64,000 nucleotides of DNA. Source: Candidatus Calditenuaceae archaeon HR02 (lineage in GTDB: Archaea > Thermoproteota > Nitrososphaeria_A > Caldarchaeales > Calditenuaceae). Shown here in pieces: positions 49,551 through 57,738 of the stretch (position 1 is its first letter; each line of letters begins with the position of its first letter). The notes beneath the pieces are model-generated. The model did no database searches. It was not told where the DNA came from and was given only the letters and a program-made list of their open reading frames with translations. The stretch lies in the NCBI GenBank assembly GCA_002898395.1, contig BEHE01000010.1, positions 1 through 64,000 on the forward strand. The letters run 5' to 3'. The position numbers were made by a program, and so were the translations under genes.

Positions 49551-50375
49551 TCAGAGGTCGCCTTTGGAGAACGTGAGCATCGCTATTAAAGTGCAGGCGG
49601 TTCCGATGGCGATCTGGGAGCCGATAAGCACGGATGCCAGGGTTTCGCCGAACTCCCTCTGGATGAAGGCTCCGAACTCTCCTAGGAGCGACATCGAGGG
49701 GTCGAAGGTCTTCACAATAACGAGCCTCGAGGCTTGGACGGGGTTGGCCAGCAAGAGGGGGGTGACGTCCAACGGACTTAGGTTGAGGAGGATGACCGCC
49801 GCCATTAGGACGACCTCATAGACCATCACGAGGCCTATCCAGACTCCGAGGGAGAGGGCCAAGGCCGCGAACCTGCTCCTAACGAGGGAGGAGATCAGGA
49901 GACCTATGCCGGCAAAGGAGTAGGCCAGCACGATCGATGCCCACAGTATACTTAGGTAGATCAAGAGGTCTGTCTCGGAGACGAGGAGCCATAGGAGCCA
50001 AGACGCGAGGCCGTAGCCCAAGACGATAGCAGCCGATATCGAGACTACATTTGATACTAGTCTGCTGAAGACTATCTCCCACCTTGAGGTCGGGAGCGAG
50101 AGCAGAAATTCCATCGTTCCCTTCTCCCTCTCCGATACTAGTGAGAGAGAAGAGGCTATGACCGCTGCTAATGGGACTGCATAAAGGTTCAGGTTGATGA
50201 TCCCGGCTATTGCGGCGCTATAGGCCCTGAAGCCGACCTCTCCGAGGCCTAGGGCCCCTAGATAGGAGAAAGCCGAGCCTAATCCGGCGAAGGAGATTGA
50301 GAAGCCGTAGAGCCACCTGCTGCGGAGCGCGGAGATTAGGTCGCGCTTCAAAAGCAGAAGGACTGTAGCCTTCAT
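49551..50375 (-). CDS. nosY: NosY ABC permease
   Basis: EREKGTMEFLLSLP.SR and LLANP motifs; nos context. Confidence 0.9.
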   Translation of the reverse strand: MKATVLLLLKRDLISALRSRWLYGFSISFAGLGSAFSYLGALGLGEVGFRAYSAAIAGIINLNLYAVPLAAVIASSLSLVSEREKGTMEFLLSLPTSRWEIVFSRLVSNVVSISAAIVLGYGLASWLLWLLVSETDLLIYLSILWASIVLAYSFAGIGLLISSLVRSRFAALALSLGVWIGLVMVYEVVLMAAVILLNLSPLDVTPLLLANPVQASRLVIVKTFDPSMSLLGEFGAFIQREFGETLASVLIGSQIAIGTACTLIAMLTFSKGDL

Positions 50376-51196
50376 CCTCCCACGAACTTCAACAGCTCCT
50401 CAGCATCAGGCTCCTCTATCCACGCATTCCGGAGATCCTTTCCACTCTCCTGAAGCTCTGTAAGGGTAGCGAAGAGGTCCTCGGTCCTGTATGTGGTCCA
50501 GCCATTATCACTCTTCACATGTACCTTGTAGACCGGTCTCAGGGTCCTCAGCACGTCCTCTGAATGGTAGACGCCTACCATTCTCCCCTCCTTCAGGACC
50601 ACTATCTTCTCGAAGGCCGTGATCAGGCCGCTGATGTTGTGAATGCTTACGATCAGACTCTTCCCCCCTCTCATCATCTCCCTCATCATATCGTGAACCG
50701 TGTTCCTCATCATGGGGTCGAGGTTGTTGAATGGCTCGTCCATGATTATCAGTCTAGGGTTTCCAATCAGTGAGAGCGCGATGGCGAGCCTCTGGCGTAG
50801 GCCGCCCGAGAGTGACCCGACCGGGCTGTTGACGGTGTCCATCAGCCCGAAAGGGCTGAGGGTCTCCTCCAGCGTGATGTCGACCCCCTTCATGTCGGAT
50901 ACGAAGTCAACGAGGTCGTAGACCGTCATCTCCTCGGGGAACCTGACCTGCTGAGGAACGTACCCGACCATTCTCCTGACATCCTTCCCCTTCTTCCTGA
51001 CATCGAGACCCATTACCATCACTTCGCCCTCGAAGTCGATTAAACCCAAGATGCATCTTAGGAGTGTGGTCTTGCCGGCACCGTTAGCACCCATTACCAG
51101 CACTGATTCCTTGAGCCCGAGCTCGAGGTAGATCGAATCCAGAGCCACGTTCTCTCTGAAGCGCTTCGTCAGGTTCCTGACCTCTATCGCCTTCAT
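50372..51196 (-). CDS. nosF: NosF ABC ATPase
   Basis: GANGAGKT, LSGG and DEP motifs; lies between nosD and nosY. Confidence 0.9.
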   Translation of the reverse strand: MKAIEVRNLTKRFRENVALDSIYLELGLKESVLVMGANGAGKTTLLRCILGLIDFEGEVMVMGLDVRKKGKDVRRMVGYVPQQVRFPEEMTVYDLVDFVSDMKGVDITLEETLSPFGLMDTVNSPVGSLSGGLRQRLAIALSLIGNPRLIIMDEPFNNLDPMMRNTVHDMMREMMRGGKSLIVSIHNISGLITAFEKIVVLKEGRMVGVYHSEDVLRTLRPVYKVHVKSDNGWTTYRTEDLFATLTELQESGKDLRNAWIEEPDAEELLKFVGG

Positions 51197-52518
51197 CGCC
51201 GGCTCGCCGCGATGGCGGCAGCCACGGGTGGGAGCGTTAGCGCTAAAGCAGCAGCTAGCCAGACTGATGACCCTGCATTGACTGTTGGTCTGAGGGCATT
51301 GGGTGACTTGGCTGGGAACTCGTCAATCGCCTTGACGGAGGATCCGAGCCCGCTTAGCGACCTAGAGGTCTTGATTGCTGAGAATCCAGGTCCGTAGGCG
51401 AAGGCCCAGAGCACCGGCCATCTATCTAAGAGATCTTCGACCGTCGACTTGGCGAGGTACTTCTCGCCGATCTGGAGGCCTCTATCGCTCCAGAAGTTCC
51501 TCATCCAAAGGCTCGTGGCCGAGGGCGTTAGGAGAGATATCTGCTGGGCGTTCTCGACTAGGTCGTTCCTCTCGAAGACCGCCGAAGCCCAGCCGTCAAA
51601 TCGTACCCCAACGTTATTGAAGGCTATGACGTTCATCCTGAAGCGAAGGCCACCCTCCCTAGGATATGGGGAGTTGACTACGTGGAGGCCTACCGCGTTG
51701 CCGACGACCAAGTTGCGCTCGAGATAGACATCGGACGACTCCCTAATGAATATCCCCTCGCTGACCGCAAGGCCTCTATTCTCCCTAACGGTGTTGTTGG
51801 TGACCATCAATCTGAATGAGTACATCAACGCCATGCCCACTAGGTTCCCACGTATCACATTCCGATCGATGACATGGCGCGCCGAGTACATCAGGTGTAT
51901 CCCATATCTTGAGCCGAATATCTCATTCGCCATCACTGTGACATTATATGAGTGGTCTGAGTAGACGCCGTCCTTGACGTTCTCAATCCTGTTCTCTGAG
52001 ACCCCAACCCCTACCGAGTACCAAAGGTAAACTCCATGTCCCCTATCGTTGACCGATCTCTCGGGGAAGCTCGTCAGGTGGTTTTTGGTGACCTTCACGT
52101 CCGTAGAGTTGACGACGTAAATTGCGTGGATCACGTTCTCTATCCGGTTACCAGTAATTGTGACGTTCCTGCTGTTGACGATCTTAATTCCAGCAGGCTC
52201 GAACGCCACATCGGGAAAGGAGTTTATGATCCTGAAGCCCTCGAAGATGACGTCATCCGCCTTGATAACGACCACATCACCAGACCCTTTTCCGTCTACC
52301 ACAACGTCACCCGCCCCCTTGAGCGCAAGTGGCTTCCATATCCTTATGGGTCCCGCGTAGATTCCCGGCGGAGCCGGTATCGTCGAGTAAGGTTCGGCGG
52401 AATCGATTAGCGATTGGAGATCGGAGATCTGGTGTTTTTCTGGGTAAGCCATGTCGGGAGCGGACTGGACAAGCAAAAAGGTCGTTAAGGATATGAGAAG
52501 GAATATTGTGTGTAGCAT
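51193..52518 (-). CDS. nosD: NosD maturation protein (beta-helix)
   Basis: RGHGVYLWYS, DGVY, RYGIHLMYS and NFWSD motifs. Confidence 0.94.
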   Translation of the reverse strand: MLHTIFLLISLTTFLLVQSAPDMAYPEKHQISDLQSLIDSAEPYSTIPAPPGIYAGPIRIWKPLALKGAGDVVVDGKGSGDVVVIKADDVIFEGFRIINSFPDVAFEPAGIKIVNSRNVTITGNRIENVIHAIYVVNSTDVKVTKNHLTSFPERSVNDRGHGVYLWYSVGVGVSENRIENVKDGVYSDHSYNVTVMANEIFGSRYGIHLMYSARHVIDRNVIRGNLVGMALMYSFRLMVTNNTVRENRGLAVSEGIFIRESSDVYLERNLVVGNAVGLHVVNSPYPREGGLRFRMNVIAFNNVGVRFDGWASAVFERNDLVENAQQISLLTPSATSLWMRNFWSDRGLQIGEKYLAKSTVEDLLDRWPVLWAFAYGPGFSAIKTSRSLSGLGSSVKAIDEFPAKSPNALRPTVNAGSSVWLAAALALTLPPVAAAIAASRR

Positions 52519-52522
52519 CGCA

Positions 52523-53125
52523 TCAGCTCGCTTTCCTTAAGGTCACTAAACCGATGGCGATGGCGGCCATCATGAGACCGATTGAGAGCCCGAAGTAGCT
52601 GCGGACCGTAATGTTTGCTATCCTATACTCTCCCAAGAACGGGGGGTCGAAGGGCTCTATCTTGATCGGTGCGTCTGGATGAATCGTGTGCGTGAACCTG
52701 TAGAGCCATATGTAGACGAAAGTGAAGAGGCTGATCACCAATGCTGCCAGAAGGATGAGCAAGACCGGCGCCGACTTCCTCCGTCTGGTTGAGACGGAGA
52801 AGCTGTAGGCTGCAGTCACAGCGATCACAGAGGCGTAGAAGTATGGCAGATAAGATATCTCAGGTACGTGTTCGTTGCCGATCATGCTGAGCCCAACGTA
52901 GTGGTTTATGACGTTGACGTCGTTCACAGCTCCCTGTATGCCGCTGAGTGGATAGATGGTGACCTCAGGCCACTTCTGTCCGAAAAACGGGGCGTTGAAT
53001 TGGAAGTGCCAGAGGGGGAAGAAGATAGACATGGCTACGAGAAGAAGCGGTACAGCTGAGGCCGCTGCAAGGATGAATCCGCGCTTTTGCATGCACATCA
53101 CCGGAACCTGCTGAGCATGGACCAA
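52523..53125 (-). CDS. nosB: Clade II nos-associated four-TM membrane protein (NosB-like)
   Basis: PLW...AP, VNVINHYVGL..I..PE and HPDAPIKI.PF.PP.LG..IAN motifs. Confidence 0.75.
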   Translation of the reverse strand: MVHAQQVPVMCMQKRGFILAAASAVPLLLVAMSIFFPLWHFQFNAPFFGQKWPEVTIYPLSGIQGAVNDVNVINHYVGLSMIGNEHVPEISYLPYFYASVIAVTAAYSFSVSTRRRKSAPVLLILLAALVISLFTFVYIWLYRFTHTIHPDAPIKIEPFDPPFLGEYRIANITVRSYFGLSIGLMMAAIAIGLVTLRKAS

Positions 53126-53580
53126 AAGTCCATCACCTCTCCTTGAAACCTCTCGGCCAGGTTTTCGGCCTCCCCTCGCGACCCAACGGCCACCACGCCG
53201 TAGCTCATGGGCGTCCAGAGGTTCTTGGGGTCAGCTAGGACGTAGTAAGCTCTTTGCGCATCCAGTTCCTCCTTCGAGATGTAGTCGAAGACCCTGGCAT
53301 CGGCTACAGTTTTACCGGCAGATAATAGGTCGTTGTAATCGCTCGCGAAGCAGCCTACGTCGTCGTAGAAGCGCCATCTTTGCTCGCCTTGGAGAAGTAG
53401 TCCAGCCGCGAACTCGAGCCTGCTGATGAACATCCCACACCTCCTGCATCTGTCCTCACCCAACCTGATCTGAAGACGTGGAGCCACACCTATACGCCAC
53501 TGCAGCGCGATCGCGGCTGCGGCGCCCACCACGGCGACCCCACCTAGCGCAATAAGAAAGGCCCTGCGCTTCATGCTCAC
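53098..53580 (-). CDS. nosL: NosL copper chaperone
   Basis: CRRCGMFI, YDDVGC and TPMSYG motifs. Confidence 0.92.
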   Translation of the reverse strand: MSMKRRAFLIALGGVAVVGAAAAIALQWRIGVAPRLQIRLGEDRCRRCGMFISRLEFAAGLLLQGEQRWRFYDDVGCFASDYNDLLSAGKTVADARVFDYISKEELDAQRAYYVLADPKNLWTPMSYGVVAVGSRGEAENLAERFQGEVMDFWSMLSRFR

Positions 53581-54044
53581 GGCAGTACGTTGATCACGGC
53601 TCCCTTATGCGGGTGAAGTGTGCAGTAGATGTTGTACTCGCCTGGGGTCCTGAAGGTGTACCTGAAACTCGCACCAGGATTGATGGGACCAGAATCGAAA
53701 TCCGCCGGCGCCTTCCCCTTCATAGTAGTGAAGGTGTGCGGGGTCTCATCCTCGTTGACGTATTCGATGGTGTCCCCCACGTTGAGCGTCACTCTGCTGG
53801 GGTTGTAGTACTTGTCGCTTATGGTCGGTGGATCTCCAAGCTTCCACCCCTCCGGGGGGAGATATGAGCCTTTCTGGCTGACGATCCTAACTACCTTACC
53901 CTGCCTCGGCGCTGCACCCCCTCCCAGCATACCTGAAGCGAAGATGGCTCCAACCACTGCTGCCACCACGATTACCACCACAACAGCAGCAACGAGAGTC
54001 CTGCCCGCCAATCCAACCACCTCAAAGATAATTGGGTTGGGCAC
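53577..54044 (-). CDS. Membrane-anchored plastocyanin/cupredoxin-domain protein
   Basis: N-terminal TM segment, NEDETPHT, FDSG, and YCTLHP at the C-terminus. Confidence 0.9.
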   Translation of the reverse strand: MPNPIIFEVVGLAGRTLVAAVVVVIVVAAVVGAIFASGMLGGGAAPRQGKVVRIVSQKGSYLPPEGWKLGDPPTISDKYYNPSRVTLNVGDTIEYVNEDETPHTFTTMKGKAPADFDSGPINPGASFRYTFRTPGEYNIYCTLHPHKGAVINVLP

Positions 54045-54067
54045 GTTATAAATGCGTGGTTAACGTG

Positions 54068-56119
54068 TTAATCGGGCTCAACCTCAAGCCACCCAGCCAT
54101 CTCTAGGTGTAGTGGCGAGCAGAACTCGACGCAGTAGAAGCAGAACACGCCTGACACGTCTGCGACGAACTCTACTGTAGTTGTCTCGCCGGGCTCGACG
54201 CTGGCCATCACGTTATACTCGCTGACAGCGAACGCGTGGGTTGCGTCCTTCGTCGTCTCCACGTTCGTCAGGTGTATCCTCACCAGATCGCCCTGCTTCA
54301 CCCTGATGATGTCGGGCGTGATCGTGCTCCTAATGAGGGTGGCGTAAACCTCGGTCACCCACTTCCCATTCTCCTGCTTCCTCTCGATCCTCTCCTGGCC
54401 CTTCTTAATGGCGTACGGGCTGACCTCGAAGGTCTCGGGATCGAACCCCACCGGCGAGTAGACCTCCCACGGCTTCAGCTTCGTCGTGAGGATCATCTTG
54501 GCGTAGTGTGGCTCGCCGATTCCGATCGGCATGTCGTAAAGGAGCTCCATCTTGTCTCCGGAGATGTCGATCAGCTGGAAGTTCTGCGGCAGCAGCGGCC
54601 CCACGTCAACGAACCTGTCAACCGACCACTTGTTCAGGGCGATGAGGTACTTCCCCTTCGGCGAAGGCGAGTTGCTCTCAGTGGTGCAGATGTGTCCGAC
54701 GTTGTAGTGGATGGGTATCTCGCCGATTTTAGTGAAGGGCTTGTCTCCGGTATAGTCCGGAGGCCCGAGCGTGTACTGGTCCACGGTGTTCCCGATGAAG
54801 CAGCTCACGTACCCGCGCCCCTTGTCGTCGAACTCGTTGTGCAGGGGGCCGAGGCTCGTCTCGATCTGCGCCGCCTTGACGTCCTCGAACCTGAGGACCG
54901 GTACGCCGTACCTGTCAGTCCCCGCGAACCTCTGGTTCCTGATGGCGTCCTTGATCTTCTCGACGTCGTAGATCGTCACCGCTGGCGCCAGCTTCCCTCC
55001 TATAACGACGTACCTGCCGCTGGGAGAGATGTCGCAGCCGTGCGGACTCTTGGGCTCAGGAGCGAAAAAGAGGACGCCCTCCTTGGCAGCCACATCGAGC
55101 GGCACCGCCTTAATCCCGTTCATCTCGACGTACTTACCCTGCCTGACCAGCTCCTCAGCCCTCTTCCAGTTGATGATGTGGAGGTAGTCGAAGTCGTTCT
55201 TGGAGGCACCGACCTCCAGCGACGGCTTACCCTCCAGAACGCCCCCTATGTGGAGCTCCGTGTTGATGGAGTTCATGAAGGCCCAGCCGTCGCTCGGCCC
55301 CCATCCGACGACCTCAAGGTCCTGCATGTACGGCGGAAGCTCGATCTGGAAGCTCCTGCTCAGGTCGAACCTACCGGTCTTCCTGTCAAAGGCGATGAAG
55401 TTGGCTGTACCCCTGAAGAACTCCTCGAAGTTCTTCTCGGTGAGCTTGATGTAAGTCTTCCCGGGCTTATATCCCTTGCCCGGCTCCCATGGCGCTGGGA
55501 ACTGGCTGCCACATGCCACGTACTCGGTGTTCGGCGTCGCGCATGCTCCTCCGTGCTGGGTCTGGGTGTTAGGGAGCTTCACGATGTCCTTCGTCTCGAA
55601 GTCCCTGAGGCTGATCGAAGCTATTCGGGCGTTGAGCTTGTCGCCGATGAAGGCCCACTCGCCGTCGTACTCCGCATTCGTCCTGCTGATCTCCGGATGG
55701 TGCGTGTCGCCCAGCGTCAGGAGTCTGATGCCGTTAGATCCCTTGTAGAGGAGCTTCATTGTCTTGACGTCTCCGTATCCGTAACCCTGCCAGGGCTCGG
55801 GCGTGAAGACCGCGATGACCTTGAGGAGCCTCATCGAGGGTACGCCTATCACTAGGACCTGACCCGAGTGGCCGCCCGAGGAGATCATGAGGAACTCGTC
55901 CTTCCATCCTCCAGGGACGTATGTCTTCAGGGCGGCCCTAGCGTGGATCAGTTCGAGCTTCCTCTGCTCGATTATTTCGACGAGCTCCTTCCCTAGCGGG
56001 GGTGCCGTCGGCGTGAGGAGTCTTCCCCCCGTGAAGCCGGCCGCGGCCCCGGCCACTAGTCCGGCACTGAGAACTGATAGGAACTTCCTCCGGCTGCTGT
56101 TAGACTTAACTACGCCCAA
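54068..56119 (-). CDS. nosZ: Nitrous oxide reductase (clade II-type sequence, Tat signal)
   Basis: CuZ His motifs DTHH, QHG, SPHG, GPLH, VGH and EPH; CuA motifs THAF and CVEFCSPLHLEM; SRRKFL signal. Confidence 0.97.
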   Translation of the reverse strand: MGVVKSNSSRRKFLSVLSAGLVAGAAAGFTGGRLLTPTAPPLGKELVEIIEQRKLELIHARAALKTYVPGGWKDEFLMISSGGHSGQVLVIGVPSMRLLKVIAVFTPEPWQGYGYGDVKTMKLLYKGSNGIRLLTLGDTHHPEISRTNAEYDGEWAFIGDKLNARIASISLRDFETKDIVKLPNTQTQHGGACATPNTEYVACGSQFPAPWEPGKGYKPGKTYIKLTEKNFEEFFRGTANFIAFDRKTGRFDLSRSFQIELPPYMQDLEVVGWGPSDGWAFMNSINTELHIGGVLEGKPSLEVGASKNDFDYLHIINWKRAEELVRQGKYVEMNGIKAVPLDVAAKEGVLFFAPEPKSPHGCDISPSGRYVVIGGKLAPAVTIYDVEKIKDAIRNQRFAGTDRYGVPVLRFEDVKAAQIETSLGPLHNEFDDKGRGYVSCFIGNTVDQYTLGPPDYTGDKPFTKIGEIPIHYNVGHICTTESNSPSPKGKYLIALNKWSVDRFVDVGPLLPQNFQLIDISGDKMELLYDMPIGIGEPHYAKMILTTKLKPWEVYSPVGFDPETFEVSPYAIKKGQERIERKQENGKWVTEVYATLIRSTITPDIIRVKQGDLVRIHLTNVETTKDATHAFAVSEYNVMASVEPGETTTVEFVADVSGVFCFYCVEFCSPLHLEMAGWLEVEPD

Positions 56120-56168
56120 CCTTCACCACATCCTTCCAACATTATCGATTTAGCGGATAAAGAAAAGT

Positions 56169-56192
56169 ATGTGTTTAACATGTTAGACACAT
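56169..56192. promoter_or_regulatory. 24-bp near-perfect palindrome upstream of nosZ, a putative operator
   Basis: ATGTGTTTAACATGTTAGACACAT has 11 of 12 symmetric pairs matching and starts about 50 nt upstream of nosZ. Confidence 0.65.
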
Positions 56193-56322
56193 CTTAAGGA
56201 GCACCCTATTCTTTCCCTCACACCGTGTTTCCCCCGGCATCAACCTAGAGTATACGATATCACTGAAGATAGATATTACCACGACCTCTGAATTCTTAGC
56301 GTTGAAGACCCGGTCGACTAAA

Positions 56323-56905
56323 TTAAAACAGAGTGCGTAGTATTGGGTTCGAGATTATGTATTTTTCATCCTTTTTCTCCACTACCCTTGTTTTATCAAC
56401 GTTTCTAGGAGGCGTGATAGTTGTGCATTTGGGATTGACCTGTTCTCCCATAGCTCTACAGCACGTTTAATATCTGACCATCTCACATTACCCTTAATTA
56501 TGGCTCTCAAAATCTGTTTGTAATGTCGTGAACGGTGGAATAGGTGGGATAATTCGCTTTTAACCATCGCCATTGCCTCCGCCAAAACAGCCTCTAGAAG
56601 ATTCTCATCAACTCTTTTTTCATGGATGCTCTATATCCGAAATAGGTTAACCATCCCACGACTTTGTCCAGAACATCCATGGTCCTTCGCAACACATTTT
56701 CATCGGGGTTTATGCCTTGCTCCCTAAAGCCTTCTCTGAGGAAGCGGAGGGACTTTTCACTGCTAAACTTTTCAAGCACTATTTCTTCTCTGACTCTGCG
56801 TGCAGCGGGCTTTCAGGGTCATCGGCTCCTATAAAATCCATCAGCAGGCCGACCTCGAAGCCAGTGAGATGGGACCTGATGCGTGGGAGATTGTCGTGTG
56901 AATAG
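56323..56905 (-). pseudogene. Archaeal ATPase (ATP-binding protein with C-terminal wHTH), 5'-truncated and frameshifted
   Basis: Fragments HDNLP..LTGFEVGLLMDFIGADDPESPL / LEKFSSEKSLRFLREGF..VVGWLTYFG / YKQILRAI..RWSDIK..LSRLLETLIKQG*. Confidence 0.85.
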
Positions 56906-56919
56906 GTTGATGACGCTCC

Positions 56920-57080
56920 TGAAATCTAATAAAGCGCCGACGAGGGAAGAGCTTAGGAAAATAGTTATGGCAGCGGACTTGAGAGGAGAGGCCTTATTAA
57001 CGATGTTCCGTCAAGCGAAATGGGAATAGGAGAGCTTCTAAGCCTAAGGGTTAAAGATGTAGACTTCAACAAGAGGCTAA
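56920..57080 (+). pseudogene. Tyrosine recombinase catalytic-domain remnant
   Basis: KAPTREELRKIVMAADLRGEALL / SSEMGIGELLSLRVKDVDFNK is a degenerate box I (SSGMRIGE..L..KD). Confidence 0.75.
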
Positions 57081-57299
57081 GGTGCAAAGTTTTTATGTCC
57101 TAGTGTGATGAGTGCCCCCATAATATTGTGTAGAGCGCTATGCCTAGCTGAAAACAGGCATGAGAGCTTAGCAACTATGCAGAAAGCAGACAGATATGTA
57201 TATGACCCAAGAAGACGTCTCTTCTAAAGGTTGGTCTGGATGAGGACGGACAGCCATATGTCTATTTGGACATGGGAGGAAAGGGAAGATCGAGCGTTA

Positions 57300-57640
57300 T
57301 CGCAAACTGTCTTGGAGTTCAACTTTTTCATGAAGCTTTGCGCTCTTGATGTCGGCATCATTAAAATCAAACACTTCTTAACACCGTGGACATAATCCTT
57401 TATCGTGTGCGGAGCAATACCTATTCTGCTCAAGTAGCTTACAAACTCATCATAGGAGCTAGTATGGATCAGGCCTTCCTGCCTTTATTTCCCATAGTAC
57501 ATCGTTAGGTAGCCGTTTTTGAAGCTGCAGATGACGCATAAGGTAGTTAGCCTTACCTCCTTGGAGTTGGTGCTCTTAAACCTTCTATAAGTCTTCTCGA
57601 GGAAGCCTTTTATCTGTGCTTCTATCTTGTTTTTATGTTC
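57300..57640 (-). pseudogene. Probable integrase N-terminal (core-binding) domain remnant
   Basis: Broken frames EIKAGRPDPY*LL / DEFVSYLSRIGIAPHTIKDYVHGVKK / FDFNDADIKSAKLHEKVEL. Confidence 0.55.
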
Positions 57641-57738
57641 CTTTCCTCACCGGTAAGCTTCTTGGTCTAGTATCTTCGTCTTCAATAAATAGAAACGAAT
57701 TTTGCTTATAATATTTTATAAAAAGTCAAAGTATATAG

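Noticed and set aside
54042-54067. CACGTTA...TAACGTG inverted repeat between nosZ and the cupredoxin gene
   Set aside because: It is only 7 bp and AT-rich. It could be an mRNA hairpin, but the support is too weak.
54236-55855. 539-aa ORF on the + strand
   Set aside because: It is the antisense shadow of nosZ caused by codon bias and has no recognisable motifs.
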